Shown here: piece after piece, positions 33,701 to 45,414 of the stretch
How the letters are laid out: the number at the start of each line of letters is the position of its first letter
How positions within the stretch are numbered: position 1 is the stretch's first letter
Translations under genes and position numbers: made by a program
The notes under the pieces: model-generated
The model's database searches: none
Seen by the model: the letters and a program-made list of their open reading frames with translations, nothing else
What the model was told of the DNA's origin: nothing
Assembly: GCF_901765095.1 (NCBI RefSeq)
Contig: NC_044037.1
Location: forward strand, 104,231,279 to 104,295,278
Reading direction: 5' to 3'
DNA from: Microcaecilia unicolor
Taxonomy: Eukaryota
Length of the DNA: 64,000 nt

Positions 33701-35830
33701 CAAACTGTTAGACACCACACCTGTCACAACCAACAGCAAAGATATACCAAGTGTCGACAACCTTGCAAAATACTTCAAGGAGAAAATTGTACAATTACGA
33801 CACAAAATACCCGCAAGCCCTATAGAATACACCGTTCTCCTAGACTGTCTAGATCCAGTAGAAGGAACACACCCAGCAGACAGAACCTGGACCGAATTTG
33901 AACTATTACCAGAAGAACTCATCTCTAAAACTCTCAAAAAATATGCCAAATCTAACTGCAAACTAGACAAATGTCCAAACAGCCTCATGCAAACTGCTCC
34001 TCAACAATTCATAATAAACCTAACAAACCACATAAACTACATGCTACAAAATGGACTCTTCCCAAAAGAAAAAGGAAAAATCTTACTCACACCAATTCCT
34101 AAAGACACAAAGAAAAACACGAGCGAAATAACCAACTACAGGCCAATTGCATCCATACCACTAATAACCAAGATAACCGAAGGTATGGTTACCAAACAAC
34201 TCACAAACTATCTAGACAAACATTCAATATTGCACGATGCCCAATCAGGATTCCGTTCGAATCACAGCACAGAAACAGTATTAGTCACCCTTATGACCAA
34301 ATTCAAACAAATAATTGCAACCGGCAACAATATACTCCTACTACAATTTGACATGTCTAGCGCCTTCGACATGGTTGACCATGAAATCCTACTACACATA
34401 CTTGAATACTTTGGCATCGGAGGAAATGTCTTGAATTGGTTCAAGGGGTTCCTAACCCTGTGCTCGTACCAAGTCACATCAAATTCAACCACGTCCAAGG
34501 CATGGATACCTGAATGTGGAGTCCCACAAGGATCACCTCTCTCTCCAACTATATTCAACCTAATGATGATCCCTTTAGCAAAACTCCTATCAAACCACAA
34601 CCTCAACCCGTATATATATGCCGATGATGTAACCATATACATCCCATTCAAACAAGACATCAAAGAAATCTCCAGTGAAATCAATCAAAGTCTACACATC
34701 ATGAACACATGGGCAGATGCATTCCGCCTGAAACTAAACGCAGAAAAAACCCAAAGCCTGATACTCACCTCCCAATACAACACAACTGAGTTCAACGTGA
34801 TAAACACACCAAACCTAAAACTTCCAATCTCAGAAACGCTAAAAATCCTTGGAGTGACTATCGACCACCACCTAACACTCAAAACTCACGCAAATAACAT
34901 AACCAAGAAGATGTTCTTCAGCATGTGGAAATTGAAAAGGATTAGACCATTCTTCCCAAGATCCGTCTTCCGTAGCCTAGTGCAATCCCTCGTCCTTAGC
35001 CACTTGGACTACTGCAACTCATTATACGCAGGCTGCAAAGAGCAAATACTGAGGAAACTTCAAACAGCCCAGAACACAGCAGCCAGGCTCATCTTCGGAA
35101 AACCTAAATATGAAAGGGCAAAACCACTACGAGAGAAACTACATTGGCTTCCACTCAAGGACCGCGTTACTTTTAAAACTTGCACACTAGTCCATAAGAT
35201 CATTTACGGTGAAGCCCCAGCGTACATGTCTGATTTAATAGACCTACCACCTAGAAATGCCAAAAGATCGTCCCGAACTCACCTCAACCTCCACTACCCA
35301 ACCTGCAAGGGCTTGAAGTACAAGACGATACACGCGTCAACCTTTTCCTACAAGAGCACGAAGTCCTGGAATACATTACCACGCAACCTAAGAATGATTA
35401 ACGAACAAACCTCCTTCCGTAAACTACTGAAGACACACCTGTTTGAACAAACCTACGGAAAGAGCCAAAACACATAGAAACTACTGACTGTTCACAATGC
35501 AATACACATCCACATCTGATCCATCATCCCTTTATCCAGTCAATCACACATTCAACCATGGAACTACAGTATGTACACTATATGTCTAGGTGCCTATTAA
35601 TGCCCTTTTTTCTCTCATTGTCTCCTTCTAATGTCCCTATGTTGTTGTCCCACTGCTATACTACTAAGGATATTCGAATGTCTCGCACAACTCTGTTCAA
35701 TGTATTCTATAACCTAGTCGTAACAAATGTATTTCTATTATTCAAGTCTTATTGTAAGCCACGCTGAGCCCGCAAATAGGTGGGAAAATGTGGGATACAA
35801 ATGCAACAAATAATAATAATAATTATATTA
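30740..35830 (+). mobile_element. full-length L2-clade LINE (LINE-A): ~1.4-kb 5' UTR (CpG-rich block 30870-31850, ~130-bp tandem repeats 31870-32130), ORF2, 350-bp 3' UTR ending in the family tail + (AATA)n
   Basis: tail at 35750-35825 tgtaagccacgctgagcccgcaaataggtgggaaaatgtgggatacaaatgcaacaaataataataataat; 5' boundary inferred from where CR1 copy 1 breaks off (30725). Confidence 0.7.
32190..35477 (+). CDS. LINE-A ORF2: AP-endonuclease + reverse transcriptase + L2-type C-terminal region, 1095 aa, intact
   Basis: ..SIDILDWITTDKLDLLFITETW.. (EN); ..YRPIASIPLITKITE..FRSNHSTETVLV..LLQFDMSSAFDMVDHEILL..GVPQGSPLSPTIFNL..YADDVTIYIP (RT); ..HWLPLKDRVTFK..LWN.LP..FRKLLKTHLF (C-term). Confidence 0.88.
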   Translation: MYRSNTHQLLICHSTQHTEMNTSNTLITIQCLIIFVHANTTQNLDNNNSTTHNPHNTHTHTMHAQNNNPLTYHQSHAQPLNNLPNQRHNNNQPTGTNPEYVHHRRNKENNENNRLNQRKNRQLIKINTSNPTLEPHHPIQLGYVNARSAVSNSIDILDWITTDKLDLLFITETWFHSPTDPAILQTCPPEYKITHWTRNGKKRGGGIALIHKPEFTITITGESTSPQLEIASTRINHPSLIGHLNTILFYRPPGKWQDAQTQLMDFISNTCVSTSNILILGDINLHLEDDTIPSTREFKELLQLWDLQIPNLQPTHEKGHTLDIITNRLEPNSTITLTNTKWTPTLWSDHHKANVTLYWQKIQPNTINKHERTTYTTRGKINPTTFWQQIYQSEWITNASTIQFLQEWDDISITTLDKIAPAQTRTSHRKNANPWFNEELKKLKTQVRRLERAWNKKRDEQTLNDWKQLRRKYKYTIKQTKRLHYKTLIGPNYKDTHKLFNLVNKLLDTTPVTTNSKDIPSVDNLAKYFKEKIVQLRHKIPASPIEYTVLLDCLDPVEGTHPADRTWTEFELLPEELISKTLKKYAKSNCKLDKCPNSLMQTAPQQFIINLTNHINYMLQNGLFPKEKGKILLTPIPKDTKKNTSEITNYRPIASIPLITKITEGMVTKQLTNYLDKHSILHDAQSGFRSNHSTETVLVTLMTKFKQIIATGNNILLLQFDMSSAFDMVDHEILLHILEYFGIGGNVLNWFKGFLTLCSYQVTSNSTTSKAWIPECGVPQGSPLSPTIFNLMMIPLAKLLSNHNLNPYIYADDVTIYIPFKQDIKEISSEINQSLHIMNTWADAFRLKLNAEKTQSLILTSQYNTTEFNVINTPNLKLPISETLKILGVTIDHHLTLKTHANNITKKMFFSMWKLKRIRPFFPRSVFRSLVQSLVLSHLDYCNSLYAGCKEQILRKLQTAQNTAARLIFGKPKYERAKPLREKLHWLPLKDRVTFKTCTLVHKIIYGEAPAYMSDLIDLPPRNAKRSSRTHLNLHYPTCKGLKYKTIHASTFSYKSTKSWNTLPRNLRMINEQTSFRKLLKTHLFEQTYGKSQNT

Positions 35831-36294
35831 GATTCCATAATTACAAATAAGAGGAAAAAATAAGGAAACATTTTTTTAAAGGCAATTAAGCACCTAAGAT
35901 AGGATAGGAATTAAACAATTACTCTCCTGAAGCTCTTTTTGAGGCAACAAAGGATGTTTAATGGGAAGGTTCCATGAATATATATTTAACTGCATTATGT
36001 CTTATGATACATTTGCAAGGATATCTCAAATAGAATGTGCTCCCTAGTTGCAAAACGGCAGATTTCAATATTAGAAATTGTTTCCTCCTTCGCTGGGTTT
36101 CTCTCAAAACATCAGGGAACAGAAGAATTTTTAAACCCAAAAATAATAAAGGAGTCACGTGATGCTAGGCGAAAGGAAGGTCGCCGCTTGTTAGAGCTCC
36201 GAGACCCCTCATAGAACAACTTCCCCTAGCGCTGCACACATCAGCAGAAAAACCCACGAAATCGAGCCAGAAGGGTAAGGGAAACTTCTCCAGT

Positions 36295-37203
36295 GTGGGC
36301 AAAGGTTGGCTGGCTGAGATTCAGGTCGGAATGGATGCAAAAATCAGCCGGAAAGACAGCACACGAAGCCGCATGGGCGAAAACAAAATGGCGGAGATTG
36401 GCGCGTCGAGTGAGTCGGTGAGTTCCGCATGGGCGGCAGAGATAACCGCGGAAGTCTCAACCCTATTAGAGGCATCAGTCGATAAAAAACTGCAGAAAAT
36501 CTCAGATCAAATAGTGCAAATGGACGGTAAACTGGAAAGCTTACGCACAGATTTGACTGGGTTCCAGCAGAGGCTGTCGGACGTTGAAGATCAGTGCCAG
36601 CAATGTGAAAGCAAGCAAGAGCAAATGCAGGAGCAACTGAGCAAACTAGAAGCTAAAGTCGAAGATCTAGAAAATAGATCACGCCGGAATAATCTAAGGC
36701 TGGTGGGGCTGCCGGAGTCTATACGCGAGGCAGAGCTGTGGGAGTTCCTTGAAACATGACTGCCCAAGACGTTAAACTTACCCGGGCTGAAGAAGGAATT
36801 AAAAATTGAGCGAGCGCATCGGCTGGGCCGCGCTGGACAAGACTTAGAGAGGCCACGTGTAATAATATGCAAAATTCTCAACTATACCCACAAACAAGAA
36901 ATATTGCGAGCATGGAGGGCGAGAGGCAAAGTGCAGTATGAGACCCGCAATGTCCTTTGTTTTCAAGATTTTTCAGCCGCAGTGGCGGCCCAGCGCAGGC
37001 AATTTGTGGAAGTGTGCAAGCGCCTGTATGAAAAAAAGGATAACTTCGCCCTGATGTTCCCAGCCAAACGTAGAATTCAGTATAAGGGCAAACAACACTT
37101 CTTCAGCTCACATGTGGAGGCCTTGCACTTTGCTAACAAAATGGAGCAGAGACCGGAGGAAGAGAGCGAGGTCGCAAGTGTTAGCAGCCCAAGGGATCCC
37201 TGA
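36295..37203 (+). pseudogene. L1 ORF1p, single frame with one in-frame TGA at 36760
   Basis: ORFs 36295-36759 and 36904-37203 are in the same frame and the intervening 141 nt has no other stop; ..LEAKVEDLENRSRRNNLRLVGLPE..PRVIICKILNYTHKQEILRAWRARGKVQYETRNVLCFQDFS. Confidence 0.75.
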
Positions 37204-37893
37204 GAAAGGAGACGAATCAGGCCCGGTTGGATTATGTCCAGAGGCAACAAGTTGACATGAAAGCAGCGGAAGATAGAGTGGACATTGACTACATGCAAGT
37301 TGGTGTGACTGTTCAGCATGGACTGTAAAATAAATATAGAATCCTTGGGTACATGCAGGTACTTTCTCGGTCCATGGAGGGCTTACTATCTAAGTTTTTT
37401 GTACCAAGGGCCGTGTCTATATTTAAGTATAACAGATGTTAATTTAAGGTTAATGTTGTATATGCTGAGAAGCAGGACTGTGTAATGTTAGCAGTTTACA
37501 ATTAATAGGGGGAGAAATATAATAATCTGGAGGTCAGCGCTAGGGGGAAGAGGGGGGGGGGGCGTGACTCGTTCTCTAGCGAGAACTACAGGACAGGAGA
37601 GGAAGGAATTCAGGGGTGGTGGGAGGGAAGGGGGAGGGGAAACAGTGGAAGGGGGGTGTGGGAGGGAGGGTTCTCCTTTTTTTTTTTTCTTCTTCTCATT
37701 TGTCAGTTTCATACGGTTATCAACAATCCTGCTATACGGTTCGGAATGGATGTGGGTGCTGGGGTGGAATGCTGCAGGTCAAAGGAAGGAGGGTGCTCAT
37801 GGGCTGGGGGGCACCCTTCAGTGTGCAGAGTTATCAGATATTGTTATGGATATAAGACAGAAGGCTGAACCCACTTAGGTTAATCTCCTGGAA

Positions 37894-40800
37894 TGTGGGG
37901 GGGATTTCCTCACCTGTCAAACGTACTAAAGTCCTGCAGGCATTGCAGAGACACAGAGCAGACATAGCATTCCTCCAGGAGACCCATCTCTCCAATAATG
38001 AGCACAGCAAATTCCAGAAGGGTTGGGTGGAAATGGCAGTAGGCTCTCCAGCACTGGGTAAAAAGGGAGGAGTGTTGATATTAATTCGGAGGGGCCTGCA
38101 GATGCGAATTAAAACAATAAAACGGGATGAGGGAGGTAGGATAGTGATAATGGAAGTAGAAATAGGCACATCTTCATATAACCTGTGCAATATATATGCA
38201 CCCAATGTGTATGACAAGAAATTCTATAACAAGTTATTGGAACTGCTGGGCTCCTACCAGGGGGGCAATGTCATACTAGGAGGGGACTTCAACATGGTGA
38301 TAGACCCTGGGATTGATAGATGTGGTGAATTGGGTTTGCAGCATAGATTTCAATCACGAGGTGTGCCTTTCCTCTGCTCAGCCCTAAACTTGATAGATGT
38401 GTGGAGGGTGTTGCACACCTCGCAGAGGGACTATACTCACACCTCCAGAGCACACTTGACCCAATCCCGTATTGATTATTTTCTCATATCCCCGGCACTG
38501 TTTTCTCAAGTGCCAAAAGCAGAGATAGGCCCATGCGAGATTTCAGACCATGCGATAATATGGCTTGAACTACAGGTCACTGGAAGAGGGCTTGAGAAGG
38601 GAGGGTGGAGATTTCCATTTGAATTGTATAGAGATCCAAATTTTAAGTCATTCATAAGTGAAAAATGGCAGGAATTTGAACAATTTAATGGAGATCACCG
38701 ACACAATGCGGTACTGTACTGGGAAACAGCCAAAGCAGTTATGAGGGGAGAGGTGATAGCCAATAGAGCAAGAGCCAGGAAAATGAGGGACAAAGAGATC
38801 CTTCACTTGGAAAGAGAAGTTCGGGCGAGAAGAAAGAGACTAGGGGAGGAAGTCACGGATGAGAACAAGGAGTTGCTCATAACTCAGAAAAACCTAAATG
38901 AGCTCCTTCATCAAAGAGCACAGAAAACACAAATGTACTATAAACACCAGCTATTTCAATATGAAAACAAAGCAGGCGCATTATTAGGCAGGCTGGTGCA
39001 AGGGAAGAAAGGGCCCTCAAGGATTCTACAAATGAAGGATGGAGGAGGGAATCTCCTAAGGGAGACAGGAGATATTATAGGGAGATTTAGGGAATTTTTT
39101 ATGGCGCTATATGCAGATCCTACCAATATTGTGGAAGACAGTAACTTATATCTAACAAACCAAAATCTGCCCAAGATCACAGAGGAGCAAAGAGAGACTC
39201 TAAACAATCCTATTGTGGAAGGGGAATTGATGTTGGCCCTACAGCAGAGTGAATTACATAAGGCGCCGGGACCAGACAGATTCAGTATAGCATTCTATAA
39301 GATCCTACAAGAGCAGGTCACACTTCCCCTGTTAGATTTATACAACAACATGGTCTCAACCGGGACAATACCAGACTCCCTTAACATAGCAAAAATTATA
39401 TTATTACAAAAACCTGGGAGGGATGAAACTGAGGTAAGTTCCTATAGACCAATTTCCCTATTGAATAGTGATCTTAAATTATATGCGAAGATCCTGGCCA
39501 ACCGACTGGCAAAGCTTTTGCCTTGGTTAATAGCACCTCCTCAAGTTGGGTTTGTGCAAGGGAGGACAGTGGCAAAGAATATGAGGGCCCTGCTGGCATC
39601 CTTGGAGACAGTGGAACGACTGAAAAGGCCCTCTCTGGTTGTCAGTTTTGATGCGGAGAAGGCCTTTGATAGGGTGGTGTGGGGCTTTCTGTTTGCGGTG
39701 CTGACTAAGATGGGCATTGAAGGGGCTTTCCAAGAGGTGATAGGAGCACTCTATGTAAATCCCCAGGCATATTTGTGGATCAAGGGGGAACAGTCACCCT
39801 TATTCCCAATCAGGAGGGGTACGAGACAGGGGTGTCCTCTCTCGCCCCTACTATTTGTCTTGGCATTAGATCCATTGATCAGGGAAATTACGGATCACCC
39901 GGAAATAGAGGGGGTAAATTGGGGACCCGAAGGGTTTAAGGTATCTGCTTTTGCAGATGATATACTGGTTCACCTTACCCAACCAAAATGTTCGTTGGAG
40001 GCCTTATTAGAACTCTTTAGGGAATATGGGGATTTCGCTGGTTTTAAAATAAACTATTCAAAATCACTAGCGTTAGCAACTGACAATAGTGTGAGGCAGA
40101 TGTGGGGAGCAGCATTCCCACTGCGATGGGCATCAGAGTCACTCCAATACTTAGGGGTACAGATCCCCAAGAAAACATCGGAAATACATTTGATGAATAT
40201 AGGCAATAGGATCGCAGTTTTGAAGGACCGGCTAGACAAATGGGGAGTCCTGCCACTCAACCTGCATGGGAGAGTGCATCTGTTTCGTATGGTGGAATTT
40301 CCACGATGGTTATACTTATTTCAGGTACTCCCCATACGATTACGGGCTAAAGATTTAAATCAAATCTTCAAACATGTCAGGAAATTTATTTGGAGGGGGT
40401 CGAAGCCAAAACTCCCTTTGAAGTTAATGATGGGGTCGTGGAGAGAGGGAGGCATTGGATTACCAGACCTCCGTCGCTACAACCAGGCCAGTTTACTCCA
40501 GCACCTGGGTGATTGGTTATTAGATAGGCAAGATTATACCCCCTGTAGCCTGGAGCAAGAGTGCTTCAAACCTTTTCACTTATATTTTTTGTTGCAATGC
40601 CCGAGCCGCCAACTCCCGACATGGGTAAGCAACAGTGTATTGGTAAGACCTTTGAGACAGGTATGGAGAGAGTTAAATGAGACCTGGGGGCTAGCGGTGG
40701 ATATAACAGATCTTTTACCTCTGCAGGGTAACCCACAGTTCTCACCAGGTACGGAGAACAAAGTACTTTGTAGTTGGGCAACGATGGGGATCACCAGGTT

Positions 40801-41098
40801 GGAACATGTACTGGATTCTAAGGGACGATTATTGGAGCTAGGAGCTCTAGGGGTAGGTATCACTCAGAATCATCAATTTGCGTATTATCAGTTAGCACAT
40901 TATGCTAGATCTTTAGAGCAAGGGAAATTGAGCAGTGGACATGGGCGCCATATAAGGGCATTCTTTAGTTCCGTGCAAGGGAGGTGTTTATCGGTCTCTG
41001 GATTAGAAAAAGCGTTGGGGGAGTTGAGTAGGGGTAGAGATACAGAACGTATTTTAGGGAAATGGGCCCAAGATCTGAAGCGTCCGAACCTGAAATGA
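37894..41098 (+). CDS. L1 ORF2 endonuclease + reverse transcriptase, open for 1067 aa (frame open further upstream; C-terminal Cys domain 41099-41659 cut off by in-frame TGA 41096 and TAG 41271)
   Basis: LISWNVGGISSPVKRTKVLQALQRHRADIAFLQETHL.. (EN); ..SLVVSFDAEKAFDRV..RGTRQGCPLSPLLFVLALDPL..AFADDILVHL (RT); downstream same-frame ..CSKCGQREGTLYHYL*ECYKIQNFWRQI.. Confidence 0.85.
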
Positions 41099-41912
41099 GA
41101 CTTTCAGAAGTTATCGGCTAGAATTCCCGCCTTGTCGAGAAACGCCGCCTTGAGGGAATGTCAATACAGGATTTTATATAGGGCATACATGTCAAAATAT
41201 CAAGTATCCAAATTTGGAGGAGAGGTTGATTCCTTATGTTCTAAATGTGGGCAGCGGGAAGGCACATTATATCACTACCTTTAGGAGTGCTACAAGATCC
41301 AGAACTTCTGGAGGCAAATTGTGGGATTTTTAGAGTCGGTATTAAAGAGCAGGATCCCGCTTACTCCGCAGGGTCTACTCTTAGATCAGTATGAGTTATT
41401 TGTCTTGCACACTGGAGAGGCCCGGCAGTTCATCAGGAAAGCCAGTTTAGTAGGTAAGAAACTGATTTTACAGGCTTGGGTACACTCCGAACCCCCGGAT
41501 TACTGGCATTGGAGGAATAGTCTGTATGAGCTGCTGATGATGGAGAGGAGAGAAGTGGGATCCTCCCCAAAAGGAAAGAGGGCATTCCTGAAGATTTGGG
41601 AGCCATATATACAGTCATTGGCACCCAGGGCTCGTAGTTTTATTCTGAACCAATTATGAAGTGGCCATAAACTGAGTTTTTTCTTCTTCTTCTTCTTTTC
41701 TTTCTTTTTCTTTTCCATCATTTATTTCTTTAGGAATAATAGGATGGGGGGAGTAGGTGGACAAAAAGGGAGAAGTCTGGGTTGTTTAATTCCAAAGTGT
41801 ATGGGAGTTCCGCTAAGGTGGATTTGATATTACACTTATGCTATATACAATGGTTAACAGAACAAGTTATAGCAATTGTTGTAGGTAGATTGGTATAGTA
41901 GAATAACCTGCT

Positions 41913-42948
41913 TATAATCGAACGAGAAAAACGCCCAAGTTCCGACCTAAATCGGGAGATGGACGTTTATCTCACAAAAACGAATAAAGCGGTATAATCG
42001 AAAGCCGATTTTTGGACGTTTTCAACTGCACTCCGTCGCGGATGTGGACAAAGTTGATGGGGGCGTGTCAGAGGTGTGGCGAAGGCGGAACTGGGGCGTG
42101 GTTATCTGCCGAACAAAGATGGGCGCATTTCACCGATAATGGGAAAAAAGTATGCGTTTTTAGCTAGAATTTAGGACACTTTTCCTGGACCCTGTTTTTT
42201 CACGAATAAGGCCCCAAAAAGTGCCCTAAATGACCAGATGACCACTGGAGGGAATCGGGGATGACCTCCCCTGACTCCCCCAGTGGTCACTAACCCCCTC
42301 CCACCACAAAAAATGAAGTTTCACAACTTTTTATTTTCACCCTCAAATGTCATACCCAGCTCCCTGACAGCAGTATGCAGGTCACTGGAGGAGTTGTTAG
42401 GGGGTGCAGTGGACTTCAGGCAGGTGGACCCAGGCCCATCCCCCCTACCTGTTACAATTGTGCTGCTTAATGCTTATTAGTCGTCCAACCCCCCCAAACC
42501 CACTGTACCCACATGTAGGTGCCCCCCTTCACCCCTTAGGGCTATAGTAATGGTGTAGACTTGTGGGCAGTGGGTTTTGAGGGGGATTTGGGGGGTTCAA
42601 CACACAAGGGAAGGGTGCTAAGCACCTGGGAGCTCTTTTACCATTTTTTTTGTTTTTGTAAAAGTGCCCCCTAGGGTGCCCGGTTGGTGTCCTGGCATGT
42701 GAGGGGGACCAGTGCACTACGAATCCTGGCCCCTCCCACGAACAAATGCCTTGCATTTATTCGTTTTTAAGCTGGGCGCTTTCATTTTCCATTATCGCTG
42801 AAAACCAAAAACGCCCAGCTCACAAATTGTCGAATAAAACATGGACGTCTATTTTTTCCCAAAATACGGTTCGGTCCGCCCCTTCACGGACCCGTTCTCG
42901 GAGATAAACGCCCATGGAGATAGGCGTTTCTGTTCGATTATGCCCCTC
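41913..42948 (+). mobile_element. DNA-C: ~1-kb non-autonomous DNA transposon with ~22-bp TIR ATAATCGAAC(G)AGAAAAACGCC
   Basis: 5' cttataatcgaacgagaaaaacgcccaagttccgacctaaatcgggagatggacg ; 3' ..ggagataggcgtttctgttcgattatgcccctc; second copy at 46378-47447. Confidence 0.6.
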
Positions 42949-43839
42949 TAAGTCTGCCACAATAAGAGTGACGCTCTCAGGAATGGGGGAGGGGGCCATC
43001 AGAGCACAGGACCCAGGACCTCCCCCGGAACGGGAGTCAGTCCAATAAATGAAAAGTTGAAGCACACACACATTGACCACCACTCAGAGTGGGGGGGAGG
43101 GGTAGAGACAATATGTTAAAAGTTTGATGATGAGCTGTATCATATGGTTTAAACAGAGCATGTTTGTATACTTTGAATCTCTGTATATTCAGCAGGTTGA
43201 AGGTGTTTCTTTTGAGTTGTCATCAATAAAAAATGTTGAACCATAAACCCAAAAATAATTTTTCTTTGTTCTTAAAAAACAATCGGAAGAGCCTCTGTTG
43301 ATCAGGTAACTAATGTCGCCGTGGTTAATTCAGTTTCGGAGGTTTCCAACAAGGCAGAGACATCCATAGAATTTTGTTGTTGTTGAACAGATTCTTTCTT
43401 TGATTTATTGTAACCAGGTACCTTTCTTGTGCAGCCACAGATAGAACAATCTCCTCCAGCCACAGGCTCCCGGTACAATGAAGAAATAGATGTCCACCAG
43501 TAACTTCAATCTTAAGGACTTTTATTCCCTGCAGGTTTCTAGTACACAGTTCCAACAGCAGCATTCACCTTCAATCTTAAGCACATATAAGCCACCTGAA
43601 AGAGTGTGGCCAATAGTCCCCTTTAAGCAGCAGGCTATCAGCACATACCAGGATTCAATACAGGCTTACAGTCAGCTCCAGTCTGGGCTCTTTATCCAGT
43701 GCACAATAAACAGTAGTTCAATTCCCAAGACACAGTTCTTTCAGTTCATCATCACAGTTCAGTCACCAAGCAGCAGTCTCTACCTTCTATCCTTCAGGAG
43801 AGTTCAATACTTTAGGGACACCCTCTACCCAAGGAATTT

Positions 43840-43940
43840 CAGCCTGCTTCAGTACTTTAGGGACCTCCCTGCCCAAAGGTTTTCAGCCTGCAAATACTTT
43901 AGGGACCTCCCTGCCCAAGGGTTTTCAGCCTGCAACTGCT
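43840..43940. repeat. ~35-bp tandem repeat x3 (tactttagggacctccctgcccaa.ggttttcagcctgcaa)
   Basis: direct read. Confidence 0.6.
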
Positions 43941-44234
43941 TCTCTCCCCTGAACTGAACTCCTGGGACTCCTTCCCACCTGCCTAATCAATCCCTGGCTT
44001 CAGCTACCACAACCAATCATTCTCCTTCCATTAGCTTCCCCACACCCATACCAGCTGAGTTAAGCATTAGACTAATGAGACCAATGATGAGCTCCTGCAC
44101 ACAGGGTTTCCTAACTCTCTTTCCGCCTAGTGGCAGCCACTCTACACAACCTGCCAGCTTACACCCATGTCTTCCCCGATTGCAGCTAGGAGTCCAGTCC
44201 GGGTTCTTCATCTCACCCTCTGGCTCCTTGCCTG

Positions 44235-44385
44235 CAATGCCTTCTGGGAGGAAATATTTTTTCACTCAATGAATAGTTAAGCTCTGGAACGCTTTGACAG
44301 AGGATGTGGTAACAGCGGTTAGCGTATCTGGGTTTAAAAAAGGGTTGGACAAATTCCTGGAGGAAAAGCCCATAGCCCATAGACC
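44235..44385 (+). mobile_element. CR1-A extreme 3' (ORF C-terminal) fragment
   Basis: ..RKYFFTQ*IVKLWNALTEDVVTAVSVSGFKKGLDKFLEEKPIA. Confidence 0.5.
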
Positions 44386-44387
44386 TT

Positions 44388-45240
44388 GTGAGACTTGGGG
44401 ATTGGGCATCCAAATGGCAGATGAAGTTCAATGTTGACAAGTGCAAAGTGATGCACGTGGGAAGGAGGAAACCGAATTACGGCTATGTCATGCAAGGTTC
44501 CGCTTTAGGAGTTACGGATCGAGAAAGGGATCTGGGAGTCATCGTGGATAGGACGTTGAAATCTTCCACTCAATGTGCTGCGGCGGCTAAGAAGGCGAAC
44601 AGAATGTTGAGTATTATTAGAAAAGGGATGGGAAACAAGCATGAGGATGTTATAATGCCATTATATCGCTCCATGGTGCGACCGCACCTGGAGTATTGTG
44701 TTCAGTTCTGGTCACCTCATCTCAAAAAAGATAAAGGAATTGGAGAAGGTGCAGAGAAGGGCGACAAAAATGATAAAAGGGATGGGACCCTATGAGGAGA
44801 GGTTAAGACGGCTAGGACTCTTTAGCCTGGAGAAAAGGCGGCTGAGGGGTGATATGATAGAGGTGTTCAAAATAATGAGTGGGGTAGAGCAGACAGATGT
44901 GAAGCGTTTGTTTACGCTTTCTAACAATAATAGAACCAGGGGACACAAGATAAAATTAGAATGTGGTAGGTTTAAAACAAATTGGAGAAAGTTTTTCTTT
45001 ACTCAGCGCGTGGTTAGACTCTGGAATTCATTGCCGGAGAAGGTAGTGACGGCAGCTGGCCTTGCTGAGTTTAAAGGGGGTCTGGACAGATTCCTGAAGG
45101 AACAGTCCATTGATAGTTATTAAATTTTGGGGTTTTGCCAGGTACTTCGGGGCCGGGATTGGCCGCTGTCGGAGACAGAGTGCTGGGCTTGATGGACCTT
45201 TGGTCTTTTCCCAGCGTGGCAGTGCTTATGTACTTATGTC
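44388..45240 (+). mobile_element. CR1-A 3' fragment (RT C-term to 3' UTR, one frameshift), followed by a further 3'-UTR fragment at 45290-45420
   Basis: ORF 44388-44795 LGDWASKWQMKFNVDKCKVMHVG..KANRMLSIIRKGMGNKHEDVIMPLYRSMVRPHLEYCVQFWSPHLKK; ORF 44698-45123 ..VQRRATKMIKGM..RGH..FFTQRVVRLWNSLP..; 3' ..ggccgctgtcggagacagagtgctgggcttgatggacctttggtc..cttatgtacttatgtc. Confidence 0.7.
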
Positions 45241-45414
45241 TGCTATTGAGACAGACATGGGGAAGCAACTGCTTGCCCTAGCATTTGTAGCATGTAATCT
45301 TGCCATGATTTGGGTTTCTGCCAGGACCTGACTTGGCCACTGTTGGAAACAGGATACTGGGCTAGATGGACCATTGGTCTGACCAATATGGGTACTCTTA
45401 TGTTCTTTTGTACT

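Larger units (their letters stand above)
36150..41900 (+). mobile_element. near full-length L1/Tx1-clade LINE, copy 2 (5' UTR, ORF1, ORF2)
   Basis: ORF1 36295-37203; ORF2 37894-41659; same family as the minus-strand copy at 11140-16960 (e.g. gctccgagacccc in 5' UTR; ORF1 ENRSRRNNLRLVGLPE ~ ENRARRNNIRIVGLDE). Confidence 0.85.

Noticed and set aside
32597-34882. Minus-strand ORFs within the LINE-A ORF2 (32597-32926, 32936-33256, 33359-33622, 33665-33988, 34262-34684)
   Set aside because: They are antisense to an intact 1095-aa ORF with clear endonuclease and RT motifs. The same holds for 38956-40863 inside the second L1, and for 28441-29325 and 57740-57964, which are antisense to CR1.
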